Assembly: GCA_965602825.1 (NCBI GenBank)
Contig: CBFDAZ010000001.1
Span: forward strand, 1 to 42,116
Source: an uncultured bacterium
GTDB lineage: Bacteria > Armatimonadota > Zipacnadia > Zipacnadales > VGFC01
Length of the DNA stretch: 42,116 nucleotides
Direction of reading: 5' to 3'
Position 1 is the stretch's first letter, and each line of letters starts with the position of its first letter. The position numbers and the translations under genes were made by a program. Shown here one piece after another: positions 8,761-18,141 of this stretch. Under the pieces are notes generated by a model. The model had not been told where the DNA came from and did not search any database. It saw only the letters and a list, made by a program, of their open reading frames with translations.

Positions 8761-9363
8761 TCATGCCCGCAAGTACCGCTGCAACCGATCGCGCAGGATC
8801 GTACGCGCCCTGAACAGCCTGGATTTGACCGCCTTCACCGAGCAGCCAACGATGTCCGAGATCTCCTGGTAAGAGAGGCTCTCATAGTCGCGCAGGATGA
8901 CGACCTCCTTGAAGTCGGGAGGGAGGCGAGTGACCTGCGCGGCAAGGAACAGACCCAGCTCCTTGTTCTCCAGGGCTCTCTCGGGGGAGAGGGACCAGTC
9001 CTCGACCTCGCGCTCGATGCCGTCCCCGTCCCCGTCCTCGGTCACGGGCTCGTCAAGTGAGACCGCTTCGGCAGAGCGTCGTCGCCTGAGCTGCTTCAGA
9101 CGGTTCTTGCTGAGGTTTATCGCGATGCGATAGAGCCAGGTGAAGACGGCCGAATCGCCGCGGAAGGTTGACCAGGCGCGATAGGCGCAGACGAAGGTGT
9201 CCTGGGTCAGGTCTTCGGCCTCGTGTGCGTCGCCGATATAGCGGTAGATAAGATTGTAGACCTTCACGTGGTACTCGGCAACAAGGGCACGGAATTCCCG
9301 CTGCCGCTCGTCAGCCGGGTCCGCTCCGCCGAAGGTCTGAAGCTGTCCTTGTATCCCGCTCAT
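8761..9363 (-). CDS. ECF (group 4) RNA polymerase sigma-70 family factor
   Basis: Region 2 is DLTQDTFVCAYRAWSTFRGDSAVFTWLYRIAINLSKNRL. Region 4 HTH is SYQEISDIVGCSVKAVKSRLFRARTILRDRL. An acidic linker of about 40 aa separates them. No anti-sigma ORF is adjacent. Confidence 0.85.
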   Translation of the reverse strand: MSGIQGQLQTFGGADPADERQREFRALVAEYHVKVYNLIYRYIGDAHEAEDLTQDTFVCAYRAWSTFRGDSAVFTWLYRIAINLSKNRLKQLRRRRSAEAVSLDEPVTEDGDGDGIEREVEDWSLSPERALENKELGLFLAAQVTRLPPDFKEVVILRDYESLSYQEISDIVGCSVKAVKSRLFRARTILRDRLQRYLRA

Positions 9364-9387
9364 GCCGGGCGGGGCACGGTCACTCGG

Positions 9388-9416
9388 TTAGACAGGCGCG
9401 TGCCCAGTTGGTTTCT
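9388..9416 (-). promoter_or_regulatory. Speculative ECF-type promoter upstream of the sigma gene
   Basis: The minus strand reads AGAAAC, 17 nt, GTCTAA, about 25 nt upstream of the ATG. This resembles GAAC-N16/17-TCTAA/CGTA class ECF promoters. It is a pattern match only. Confidence 0.2.
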
Positions 9417-9476
9417 TCTCTCCGGGCAGTCGTTCGCCCTGGCGGTCTCGGTGCCCTTCCGCGTTGAGGGGCCCAC

Positions 9477-12400
9477 TCAGAACTGCCAGCGGTATTCGAG
9501 GTTGACCTGCTGCCGCGCGCGCTCGTCGGTCTGGTAGGTCACCTGGTACCGGTCCTTGACGTTGTATGAGAGGCGCAGGTCGAACTCATCCTCCGGGCCG
9601 CCGGCGGTACGGTGGTAGGACACCAGCAGGTTCTCGACGATGTACTTGCCGACCCGGACCTCCACCGCCTCGTCGAGGCCGACGATCACCTCGAACTCCT
9701 CCAGACCAAGGGCCTCGGTGAGCTCCTCTTCCAGGGGCTGCAGCACTCCCTGGAGCACGTTCTTGGCGACCAGCTCTGCGAGCATCTCCTGGGCCGCCGT
9801 AAGCGGCTTGGCGGCGACTTCGCCGCCAGCCCCCACCGGACCGAGGGCGAGGAGTTCGAAGATGTCCGGCTCGCTCATTGGTGGCGAGGAGGAGACGTGC
9901 ACGAGGTCGGTGAGGCGCTTGGGAGGGAGACGGCCTGAGAGCTCCAGCTTGACCTGTATGGGTACGGCAGGACGGTCCTGCTCGACCACGCCCGTCACGG
10001 TACCTTCCGCACGGGCGAAGACGTTCCCTGTGATCTCGAGTCGCCGCTTGAGCGGCCTGGTGTCGAGCAGCCAGAGGGGCGCCTGAATGGCGACGGCGGC
10101 GTTGGCCTCCGGGATTCTGAGGCTGCCGCGAGGCAGGCGCAACTGCCCCCTGCGCAGGGCCGCGCTGGCCTCCAGGTGAGGGGCTTGCGGCGTGCCGGCG
10201 ATGCGGATCGCTTCGGGATCCGGAACCACGTCGGCCGTTACGACGGGGGTGCTCAGCTTGACGCCGCTGCCGATGGCTACCGACACGTCGATTTCGGGGG
10301 CGGGGAAGGTACTGGGAAGGCCGTAGATGACGAACGCCTCGCCGGCCTCGGGCGGCAGCTCTGCTGCGGCCTCTTCGTCGGCGGGTTCCTTCCTGGGGGG
10401 AAGGCCGATGGCCGCCCGGGTGACCGTGATGCGCCCTTTGCCCGAGTCTCTGTCGATCGGTAGCGAGACAATGCGGATCGGAGCGCCCGGCTCCGTCGGC
10501 GCGTCTGGGGGCCGGTCCTCCAGGAACCAGGCGGGCAGCGGCCTGGCGGTCCGGGAGGCGAACTTGCGGGCCACGATGACGCCGTCCACCTGAGCGCGTT
10601 TGAGGAGACTGTCGTAGGAGAGGCCGGCCTTGGTCATCTGCAGTCGCAGATTGCAGGGAACATGGCCGAGCTCGTCGAGCCGGAGCGTGTCGATGAGGGC
10701 GCTCCCGGTGAGCCGCGCCTCGCCGCGCCCGAGCTGTGCGCTGGCCCGGTCGATCTTGACGACATGCCAGCCGGTGGGGTCGGTGAAGGCGCGGACAACG
10801 GCATCGATGTTCCTGGCGCGCGTCCCGCCGGGCAGCTGCTGCTGGTCGGCCTTGGCCGTGAGCACGATCTCCTCGATCCGGTTCTCCAGCAGCTCCTCGG
10901 GGGCGAAGTGGGACAGCTCGACCCGCCCCGTGAGGGCGACCTCGGTGTTGTCGAGACGTCCTCGAGCGTTGAGAGTCTCAATCATCGAGCCGACACCGGT
11001 CGGCGAGGGCCCCAGTATGGCGTCAACCCAGATGTCCTCTACCGAGGAGTCCGCAGGCCAGTTAGCGAGGCGGAAGGTGGCCCCTCGCTCCACGGACAGG
11101 TAGCCACGCACCTCTGGTTCGGCGAGTTTGCCGGACACGTTCAGCGAAGCCGTCAGTCGGCCGTCGGCCTCGCACTGGCGGCAGAAGGCGCCCACACCCG
11201 TTGCCTCGTCACCCTCGGCCGTGAAATCTTCTGTCAGTTCCAGTAGGGTCTGCAGGGGCAGCTCGCTGATCCGGGCGTCGAACGAGATGGGGCCTTCGGC
11301 GTTGAAACGGAGTGACTGCCGATCAAAGGGCAGTTGTCCGGCGAGCGTGACTTCGTGCGACCCTCGTTTGAGCTTCCCTCCGAGCATCACGATCGCGTCG
11401 GGTGTCACGTCAATGCGTGTCGCCTCGACCAGGTCGAAATCTAGACCGGCCAGCGTTGGCTTGAGAACGTTAACGGACGCCCGGATTTGCGGATCGCCGG
11501 CGGGGCCGTGGGCCCGGGCCGTGATGGCGATCTCGCCGTCGAACTCGATCCCGCGGGGCAGCCAGGGCTCAATCGCGCGTACAGGGATCAGGTCGGCTTC
11601 GGCGGTCAGAGCGACGTCACCGTCCCAGTGGACGCTGCCTTCGGCGATGAGCCGGCCCTTCTCGATGGTGCTGTTGACGGCGATGTTGTCCAGATGCAGG
11701 CGAGCGAACGGGGACGGGTTTGCAGTGTCATCGAGGTCTGCCGCCGGAACGGGCGCGAGCCCTTCGAAGTCGCAGGCGACCTGTACATCGGGCACGGATT
11801 TGCGGTCCAGGCGGGCGCCCTGTGTCCGGAGACCCTTGATTCTGCCGGACAGATCGTCGAGGTGTCCGCCGACCATCAGCTTGTCGGCGCTGAGGCGTCC
11901 GCGCAGGCGGTGGGCGAGCCCGCGAAGCCGGTCGGGCGTCTCTGCGGCCTCCGCGCCTTCCCGTCCCTGCGCGGCCAGGTCGGCCACCCAGAACAGCAGC
12001 TCCCGGGCGTCCAGGCCGGTCACCGCCGCGTCGGCGAAGAGCTTGCCATCCTCTAGCCGGTAGCTCGCGAGGGGCACGGAGATCTCGCCCCCAGCAGCGC
12101 GGCAGTTCACTTTGGCGGCCTCGAGCGTGCCGAACTCGCTCTTGTGCGAGAGCCTGGCGGAAAGGTCCTGGATCTGGCGGCGGCCGAGCCGGACCTGGGC
12201 GGCCTTGATTTTCGCGGAGACGTCGGGCCACGGCTCTGCCAGTGGGCCGGCCACGCTTGCTTCTACCGAGTCGATCACGCCGTCGATCCGGCCCAGGAGG
12301 CCTTCGGCCGGCGTGTACGAGGCAAGCGGCAACTCCCGGCCGCTTAGTGTGCCGGAGACGTGCATGCCTTCTTCGGTGCCCCAGCCGCTCAGCTCTGCCG

Positions 12401-15053
12401 CCAGCTCGACTTCACCCGCACGAGAGGTCGCCGACGCGTTGCGGAGGATGAGGGCGTCGGGGCTGGCGAGTAGGTCGGCGTCCAGAGCCAGGGGCCCGAC
12501 GGCGATGTCCTGTTCCAGCAGAGCCACCTTGCCGTGGCTCAGGGACATCTCGCCCTCGATCCGGGGGGCCTGCAAGGTGCCGCCGATGCCGAGTTGCGGT
12601 GCCTCGACGAGGCCGGCCAGAAGGAGGCCATCGGGGAGCGATACGAACTCGCCGAGCTGAGACAGATCGAACCCGGCGACTCGCACGGAGCCGTTCAGCT
12701 TCCCATCGAACGGCGGCGGCTCTGGCGGCGAGTCCTCAGGGGGCGGGTGTTCATCGGAGAAGAAGCTGCCGGGCGGCCATGCGATCTCCGACAGGGACAC
12801 CTCGGCTGAGGCAACGGCCGTGCCTCTCCGCACGAGAGCGTTGGTTACTCGTACGCTCTGTGGGTGGCCGGCCACCGAGGCGGTGAATACGGGAGCGGTC
12901 CACTTGTCAGCACCGACCTCGAAGGCGGCCAGGTCGGCTTTGATCTCGGGGGACTCGAGTTCCCCTTTCACCCACCCATGGACGAAGGCGGTGCCCTTCA
13001 GACGCAGTTGGTCGGCTGTCTGGCCGCTCTCCTCGCTCTCGGAGGGCGGTTCGTCCTGTTCTCGGCGTTCGTCGATGATCTCCTGGACTTGCTCGAGCGA
13101 GAGGCCGGCGGCTGCCACCTCGGCGTCGATCGGTCCGTCGAAGGGCACCTGACCTCTGGCCCACAGGACTCCCAGGGGGCTCGTGGCGGTCAGGTACCGA
13201 ATATCCGCACCATCGGGGGTGAGGCCGACGTTGGCCACAGCCCGGTCGACCTCGATGCCCTCGAACGCCAGCCCGCGGCCGGTCACCTGAGCCGCGGCCT
13301 GGATGTCGTCTCCTTCTATCGCCGCCACGCCTGATGCCGACAGGAGGCCGCCGACGGCGATGTCATCGAGGTCGGCGATGGCAGCGACCGTAGCCACATC
13401 GACGGCATCCGCGTCGAACTCGGCATAGATACTCGCGGGGCTCTCAGCGAAGTTGACGAGGCCGTCGGCGCGGACCTGGGCGCCGAGCAGGCTCTCAGCG
13501 GACGCGCGCGCCCGGATGGTCCTGTCCACCAGGGCGTACTTGACGTCGAGCCCTTCAACGGGCCCGTGCTCCGTCTGCACTCGGTCGACCTCGAGCCGAC
13601 CCGCCGTGGCGGGCGTGTCGCGCGAGTAGACGAGCTCGGCCGAGACATTGCGGAGGGGCTCTACCTCGACCTGTTTGAGGTACTCCTGCTCGGGGAGGAG
13701 CCCTCCGAGGTCGCTAATGCGGATCTCGTCGGCGTACAGGCGGGCCTTGACGTCGCGGGCGGGGACGTCGGGCACGGCCACCGCTGCTGAGAGACCCACA
13801 CCGGCGGCCCTGAGCACTGCCTGCTCGGCCGGGTCGCCCTGAGCCTGCGGCTCGCGCGGAATCGGGTAGACGACGGCCATCTCGCCCGGGAACTCGGCGG
13901 CAGCCCTGATGTCCGGGGATGCAATCGGGCCGGTGATGCGGGCCGCGAGCTGCGCGGCCCTGGCGCCCGTGATCTCCGGCAGAGCTTCGGCGACCTCAGG
14001 TGCAACGGCCGCCCAACGCTTCAGGTCCACTTCTCGCGCGGTCGCCTGGATGTCCACGGCCGGGTCGGACAGGTCGAAGACGGCACCGGAGCCCGCAACC
14101 TGGCTGCCGAGAGCGGAAAGGCTGACGTGGGGCAGGCTGACCCCTGCGGGAGTGACGGTGAAGTCACCGCTGGCGAGGACACGCTCCCCGCGGAGGGCTT
14201 TGACATCGGCAGCCAACTGGTAGGCATGCCCGGTGACCGCGTAGTGCAAGAGGTCCCCGGGGATGAAGCAGGCGTCCACTTCGGCGTCGACCAGCCCCGA
14301 GACAACGCGGAGGGCCGGGTTGGCCACGAACCTCTGATAGAGCGGCGGAACCTGAACGCCGACGAGGACGCCGCGCGCGCACACGGCCTGGTCCGCGAGA
14401 CCCACCCGGCCGGCGGCCTCCAGTCGCTCGAAGGGAGCGCGGAGGCCCTCGGCGGCGAGGTCGCACTCGATCACATCGGGGCTGGCGAAGTCGGCCGTGG
14501 CATCGATGCTCCCGATCAGCAGGTCAAGGCCGCGGAGGAGTTCCGGCGTCTCCGCCTGGTCGCTGTAGCTTACCATCGCATCTTCGAGGACGATACGTCC
14601 CTTGAAACGGGCGGTCGGGGGCTTCTTACTGGGCTTTCGGAGGTCCAGAAAGCGCTGGATGTTCAACCTTCCCTCGGCATCCCTGGACAGTTTGCCGCGC
14701 AGGCCGACAATGCGCACCTCATTGACGCATTCGAGCGCCGGGATCTCGCGCCTGAGGACGGGCCACAGGTCGTAATCCAGATGGATCTCGTCCACGGAGA
14801 CGAGCGTGCTCTCGGCGAGGCTGGTGCCTTCTGAGATCGCGAGATCGACGATCTTCAGTCCGGTAAGGACGTGACCCTCAATGCCGCCGACGCAGACCTC
14901 GGCGTTGAGGGTCTGGGCTGCCTGGATGGTGAGGAGCTCGTGGAGGCGGCGCTTGGCCCAGCGGTCACTGGTCACGATCGGCCGGCCCGCAATCAGGACG
15001 ACGGCGAGCGGAACCAGGACGACGAAGGCGATACAGAAGCCGCGACGGATCAT
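9477..15053 (-). CDS. tamB: TamB/AsmA-like translocation and assembly module protein (giant inner-membrane-anchored periplasmic protein with a DUF490-type C-terminus)
   Basis: 1858 aa with an N-terminal anchor IAFVVLVPLAVVLIAG and a long beta-rich body. The C-terminus LRLSYNVKDRYQVTYQTDERARQQVNLEYRWQF is typical of TamB. It sits directly upstream of the sigma gene and bamA on the same strand. Confidence 0.8.
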   Translation of the reverse strand: MIRRGFCIAFVVLVPLAVVLIAGRPIVTSDRWAKRRLHELLTIQAAQTLNAEVCVGGIEGHVLTGLKIVDLAISEGTSLAESTLVSVDEIHLDYDLWPVLRREIPALECVNEVRIVGLRGKLSRDAEGRLNIQRFLDLRKPSKKPPTARFKGRIVLEDAMVSYSDQAETPELLRGLDLLIGSIDATADFASPDVIECDLAAEGLRAPFERLEAAGRVGLADQAVCARGVLVGVQVPPLYQRFVANPALRVVSGLVDAEVDACFIPGDLLHYAVTGHAYQLAADVKALRGERVLASGDFTVTPAGVSLPHVSLSALGSQVAGSGAVFDLSDPAVDIQATAREVDLKRWAAVAPEVAEALPEITGARAAQLAARITGPIASPDIRAAAEFPGEMAVVYPIPREPQAQGDPAEQAVLRAAGVGLSAAVAVPDVPARDVKARLYADEIRISDLGGLLPEQEYLKQVEVEPLRNVSAELVYSRDTPATAGRLEVDRVQTEHGPVEGLDVKYALVDRTIRARASAESLLGAQVRADGLVNFAESPASIYAEFDADAVDVATVAAIADLDDIAVGGLLSASGVAAIEGDDIQAAAQVTGRGLAFEGIEVDRAVANVGLTPDGADIRYLTATSPLGVLWARGQVPFDGPIDAEVAAAGLSLEQVQEIIDERREQDEPPSESEESGQTADQLRLKGTAFVHGWVKGELESPEIKADLAAFEVGADKWTAPVFTASVAGHPQSVRVTNALVRRGTAVASAEVSLSEIAWPPGSFFSDEHPPPEDSPPEPPPFDGKLNGSVRVAGFDLSQLGEFVSLPDGLLLAGLVEAPQLGIGGTLQAPRIEGEMSLSHGKVALLEQDIAVGPLALDADLLASPDALILRNASATSRAGEVELAAELSGWGTEEGMHVSGTLSGRELPLASYTPAEGLLGRIDGVIDSVEASVAGPLAEPWPDVSAKIKAAQVRLGRRQIQDLSARLSHKSEFGTLEAAKVNCRAAGGEISVPLASYRLEDGKLFADAAVTGLDARELLFWVADLAAQGREGAEAAETPDRLRGLAHRLRGRLSADKLMVGGHLDDLSGRIKGLRTQGARLDRKSVPDVQVACDFEGLAPVPAADLDDTANPSPFARLHLDNIAVNSTIEKGRLIAEGSVHWDGDVALTAEADLIPVRAIEPWLPRGIEFDGEIAITARAHGPAGDPQIRASVNVLKPTLAGLDFDLVEATRIDVTPDAIVMLGGKLKRGSHEVTLAGQLPFDRQSLRFNAEGPISFDARISELPLQTLLELTEDFTAEGDEATGVGAFCRQCEADGRLTASLNVSGKLAEPEVRGYLSVERGATFRLANWPADSSVEDIWVDAILGPSPTGVGSMIETLNARGRLDNTEVALTGRVELSHFAPEELLENRIEEIVLTAKADQQQLPGGTRARNIDAVVRAFTDPTGWHVVKIDRASAQLGRGEARLTGSALIDTLRLDELGHVPCNLRLQMTKAGLSYDSLLKRAQVDGVIVARKFASRTARPLPAWFLEDRPPDAPTEPGAPIRIVSLPIDRDSGKGRITVTRAAIGLPPRKEPADEEAAAELPPEAGEAFVIYGLPSTFPAPEIDVSVAIGSGVKLSTPVVTADVVPDPEAIRIAGTPQAPHLEASAALRRGQLRLPRGSLRIPEANAAVAIQAPLWLLDTRPLKRRLEITGNVFARAEGTVTGVVEQDRPAVPIQVKLELSGRLPPKRLTDLVHVSSSPPMSEPDIFELLALGPVGAGGEVAAKPLTAAQEMLAELVAKNVLQGVLQPLEEELTEALGLEEFEVIVGLDEAVEVRVGKYIVENLLVSYHRTAGGPEDEFDLRLSYNVKDRYQVTYQTDERARQQVNLEYRWQF

Positions 15054-15337
15054 GAGTGCCCCGGGTGCACACCTGGCCAGGCGGAATCCGGCCTTGGGCC
15101 GCTCCGGCGGCGCTGGACCGGTTTATTCACGGCGGACGTCGCGGTGAACCCGCTCTTTTGTAAAAGTCCCGGTTCCCCGCACCCATCCGGCAGAAAACTC
15201 CCGTTGTGTATGCCTGGCTGCCACGCAGTAGGCGGTCGCGTTCATCGCCTTGCTGCAGAAGGCCGGAGGGAGCCGGGTAGCGGCCTCCTGGACCCTGTAC
15301 GGAGGCCCGGCCGTCAGTGCGTCGCGAATGCTGTGGG

Positions 15338-16231
15338 CTAGAGCCCGATACTCGCAGCCGCGCTCTCCGCATGGTACGAAGAGCGGATGAAGGGCCCGGC
15401 GATCACTTCGCTCAAGCCCAGCGCTCGCCCTGCCTGCTCGTAGTGGGGAAAGGTGTCGGGGTGGACGTAGCGCTGGACAGGCAAGTGCTTCGACGATGGC
15501 TGAAGGTACTGACCAATCGTCACGATGCGGACACCGGCCTCGGCCAGATCCCGCAAGGCGTCCACCACTTCGTCATCAGTCTCGCCCAGGCCGACCATCA
15601 GGCCGGACTTGGTCGGTATGTCGGGCGCCAGTTGCCTGGCCTGCACCAGCACCCCGGTGGACACCTCGTAGCTTGCCTGCGGGCGGATCTGCGACTGCAG
15701 GCGCCTCACGGTCTCGATGTTGTGGTTGAGCACGTCGGGACGTCCGCGGAGGACGCTCTCGAGAGAGCGGGCATCGCCCTGGAAGTCGGGAACGAGGACC
15801 TCGACCCGGCTGCCGGGTCGCCGCGTCTTGATCGCCTGGATGGCACGAGCGAAGTGGGAGGCGCCCCCGTCCGGCAGGTCGTCGCGGGTGACGGAGGTCA
15901 GCACGACATAGCGCAGGCCCATTCGGTCGGCGGCCTCGGCGATCCGCCGTGGCTCATCGTGGTCCAGCGCAGCGGGCTGCCCGTGGGGTACCGCGCAGAA
16001 GCGGCAGTCGCGCGTGCAACGGTCGCCCATGAGGAGGAAGGTGGCCGTACCGGCCCCGAAGCATTCGCCGATGTTAGGGCACATGGCGCTCTGGCAGACG
16101 GTGTTGAGACCGGCGTCCCGGAGCGTGCGTCGCGTCTCCTCGGAGAGACGCTTCTTGCCCCACTTGACTTTGAGCCATTCGGGCAGGGGCGCCCTCGGTC
16201 TCGGCAATCTGCGGTCCGAAGTCGAGGACAT
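15338..16231 (-). CDS. lipA: Lipoyl synthase (radical SAM)
   Basis: CQSAMCPNIGECF (auxiliary cluster) and GDRCTRDCRFCAV (CxxxCxxC radical-SAM motif). The rest is colinear with LipA. Confidence 0.92.
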   Translation of the reverse strand: MSSTSDRRLPRPRAPLPEWLKVKWGKKRLSEETRRTLRDAGLNTVCQSAMCPNIGECFGAGTATFLLMGDRCTRDCRFCAVPHGQPAALDHDEPRRIAEAADRMGLRYVVLTSVTRDDLPDGGASHFARAIQAIKTRRPGSRVEVLVPDFQGDARSLESVLRGRPDVLNHNIETVRRLQSQIRPQASYEVSTGVLVQARQLAPDIPTKSGLMVGLGETDDEVVDALRDLAEAGVRIVTIGQYLQPSSKHLPVQRYVHPDTFPHYEQAGRALGLSEVIAGPFIRSSYHAESAAASIGL

Positions 16232-16383
16232 GCTCGCATCTCCCGGGAACTGGAGCCAATGGGGCTACCTAGCCCAACACGGATATCCCCCTTTTCGTTG
16301 CCCGTGCAGCACCTCCTTCTGACGCCGCCCGCCTGGAACCGCGGGCAGGGAGGGGTCCTTCCATGCCAGGGAGCCGGCCGCAC

Positions 16384-17886
16384 ATGAGCCTCATCGCCCT
16401 GCGAGTCCATATCACGATCGGGCTGGGGCTCCTGTCCGCACAGACGGGCGCCGGCCCAACAGAGACGGTGGACGTAGCGTTGAGGGCGCCGACGGGGAAG
16501 GTCGTCTCGGAGCTCCACTTCGCGGCGAACGTTGAGTTCTACCGGCCCGGGCTGGCGGCCGGGGTCAGCCGCCAACGCGACGACCTGGCGAGGGCCCTGG
16601 ACGAGTCAGGCGTACGCGCCCTGCGCTTCCCGGGCGGGAATGCGGCCTACTGGTACCTGTCAGAGAGTCGTGCGGCCAGCAGGTCTCTCTGCCCCTCACA
16701 CCTTCAGTCCGAGCCCTTCGTGGGGTTGGAGGAGCTGGCGGGCTTCGCCCGGGAGGCCGGCATCAAGCTCATCTATGAATTGCCGTGCCTGTTCTACCTT
16801 GATGGTGACAGCCCGCGGGCGATGGTCCCGAGCACGTACTCCGAGAGGCTCGGATACTACGATGGCCGGCAGATCGAGGAGGGGGTGGCTTACGGCGTCA
16901 ATATCGCTCGGAGGCTACTGGAGCTCGGTGCGCCGATCGCGGCCTGGGAGTTAGGGAACGAGGAGTTCGCCCACTGCGCAGTCGAGGACTACGGGGCAGT
17001 CGTCGCCAGATATGCTCGGGCCCTGCACCAACTCGACCCCGGAAGGCCCGTCATCGCTGTTGGCATGGGTAAGGACTGGCTGGACCAGCTTGTGCCGATT
17101 CTGAGGGAAGCAGGTGTGCTGGCGTGGATCGACTGTTTCCAGGTGCACTACCCGTTCGGCAACTGGCCCGGACCGGGCGCGCCGGAGAGAAAGGCCGACC
17201 CCGAGGCCTTTGTCGGCGGCGATCTGAAGATGGAGCGTTTTCTAAATGGCTTTCAGGAGAAGAAGCGGAGTTTGGGACTGGGCGATCGGCGGACCTGGGT
17301 GACCGAGACGACGGTCATGCGTCACCAGCTCTGGGACCCGCACGCGGTCATCGCCACCCACGCCCACGCGCTGTGCTATGCCTGGAACTGGATGACGCTC
17401 CTGGAGCGCCCCGAGGTGGACGCGGCGGTATTCCACGACCTGGAGACGTCGTTCTTCGGGATTCTGCGGTACAACGTGGGCTTCGACCCCGTCACGAGGC
17501 ACTTCATGTGGCTTCACCAGACCGAGCAGCCCGAAGCGCTCAGCCCCCGGTTCGCCGAGCAGTATGTCGTGTCGCCGACCGGCTGCGCCAACCGGTTGCT
17601 GGCGCAACTGGCGGGAGAGGAGCTATGGACCACCAACTGCGCGCCATCGCCGACGCTGCGCGTCCTGGCCTCCGATAGCCGCGTAGTGGCCGTCAATCGC
17701 GGTGAGGAGCCGATCCAACTGCGATTGCCGTTCGCCGCGGCGACCGGCGAGGCGCTGATCGCTGATGAACTGGCCGCTTGCCTGCCGGGGTCATTCCGCT
17801 ATATGCCCCAGGACGTGGTCCCCGACGATGGGCACGTGATCGCCGAGATCCCGGCGTGGAGCGTAGCCGCCGTGAGACGAGGTTAG
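16384..17886 (+). CDS. Putative secreted clan GH-A TIM-barrel glycoside hydrolase (GH79/GH30/GH39-like)
   Basis: LRFPGGNAAYWY near the N-terminus and WELGNEEF (acid/base NE motif) are typical of clan A hydrolases. The N-terminus MSLIALRVHITIGLGLLSAQ is signal-like. Start set at the second ATG (16384), with AGGGAG about 10 nt upstream; the longest ORF starts at 16363. Confidence 0.5.
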   Translation: MSLIALRVHITIGLGLLSAQTGAGPTETVDVALRAPTGKVVSELHFAANVEFYRPGLAAGVSRQRDDLARALDESGVRALRFPGGNAAYWYLSESRAASRSLCPSHLQSEPFVGLEELAGFAREAGIKLIYELPCLFYLDGDSPRAMVPSTYSERLGYYDGRQIEEGVAYGVNIARRLLELGAPIAAWELGNEEFAHCAVEDYGAVVARYARALHQLDPGRPVIAVGMGKDWLDQLVPILREAGVLAWIDCFQVHYPFGNWPGPGAPERKADPEAFVGGDLKMERFLNGFQEKKRSLGLGDRRTWVTETTVMRHQLWDPHAVIATHAHALCYAWNWMTLLERPEVDAAVFHDLETSFFGILRYNVGFDPVTRHFMWLHQTEQPEALSPRFAEQYVVSPTGCANRLLAQLAGEELWTTNCAPSPTLRVLASDSRVVAVNRGEEPIQLRLPFAAATGEALIADELAACLPGSFRYMPQDVVPDDGHVIAEIPAWSVAAVRRG

Positions 17887-17951
17887 GCGGCAACGGGCGG
17901 ATTGGGCCCCGGAGACCGGGTACAGGACCACGCTGGACGGGCGCCCGGATC

Positions 17952-17980
17952 TTGCCCCGGTCGGCGCGCTGTGGTAGAAT
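17952..17980 (+). promoter_or_regulatory. Sigma-70-type promoter with extended -10, upstream of the SPOR gene
   Basis: TTGCCC (17952-17957), 17-nt spacer ending in TGG, then TAGAAT (17975-17980). It predicts a leader of about 155 nt. Confidence 0.5.
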
Positions 17981-18141
17981 GCCGGGGCCGCACTCCTTGA
18001 CCCACAACGCAGCGGAACCTCCCGTTGTGGGTTGCGTCAAAGCGAGTGGAGGGTCGCGGAAGTCGGACGCTGCTTCCGCGGCGTTCCGTTGTGACATCAC
18101 CGTTCACTGCATACATCGCAGCACAAGGAGATGCGTTCACC

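Noticed and set aside
15198-15208. The 11-mer CTCCCGTTGTG shared by the tamB upstream region (15198-15208) and the SPOR leader (18019-18029), as a common operator
   Set aside because: A rough estimate gives on the order of hundreds of chance 11-mer coincidences among all position pairs in 42 kb. The flanks are not convincingly similar.
15282-15307. The hairpin GGCCTCC...GGAGGCC after the lipA stop, as a terminator
   Set aside because: It has only a 7-bp stem and a 12-nt loop with no U-tract, which is too weak to list as a feature.
17987-18141. A c-di-AMP (ydaO-type) riboswitch upstream of the SPOR/cell-wall gene
   Set aside because: I could not find the conserved pseudo-symmetric ACGGGG / GGGGTGAATC-type cores. 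It is kept only as an unclassified structured leader.
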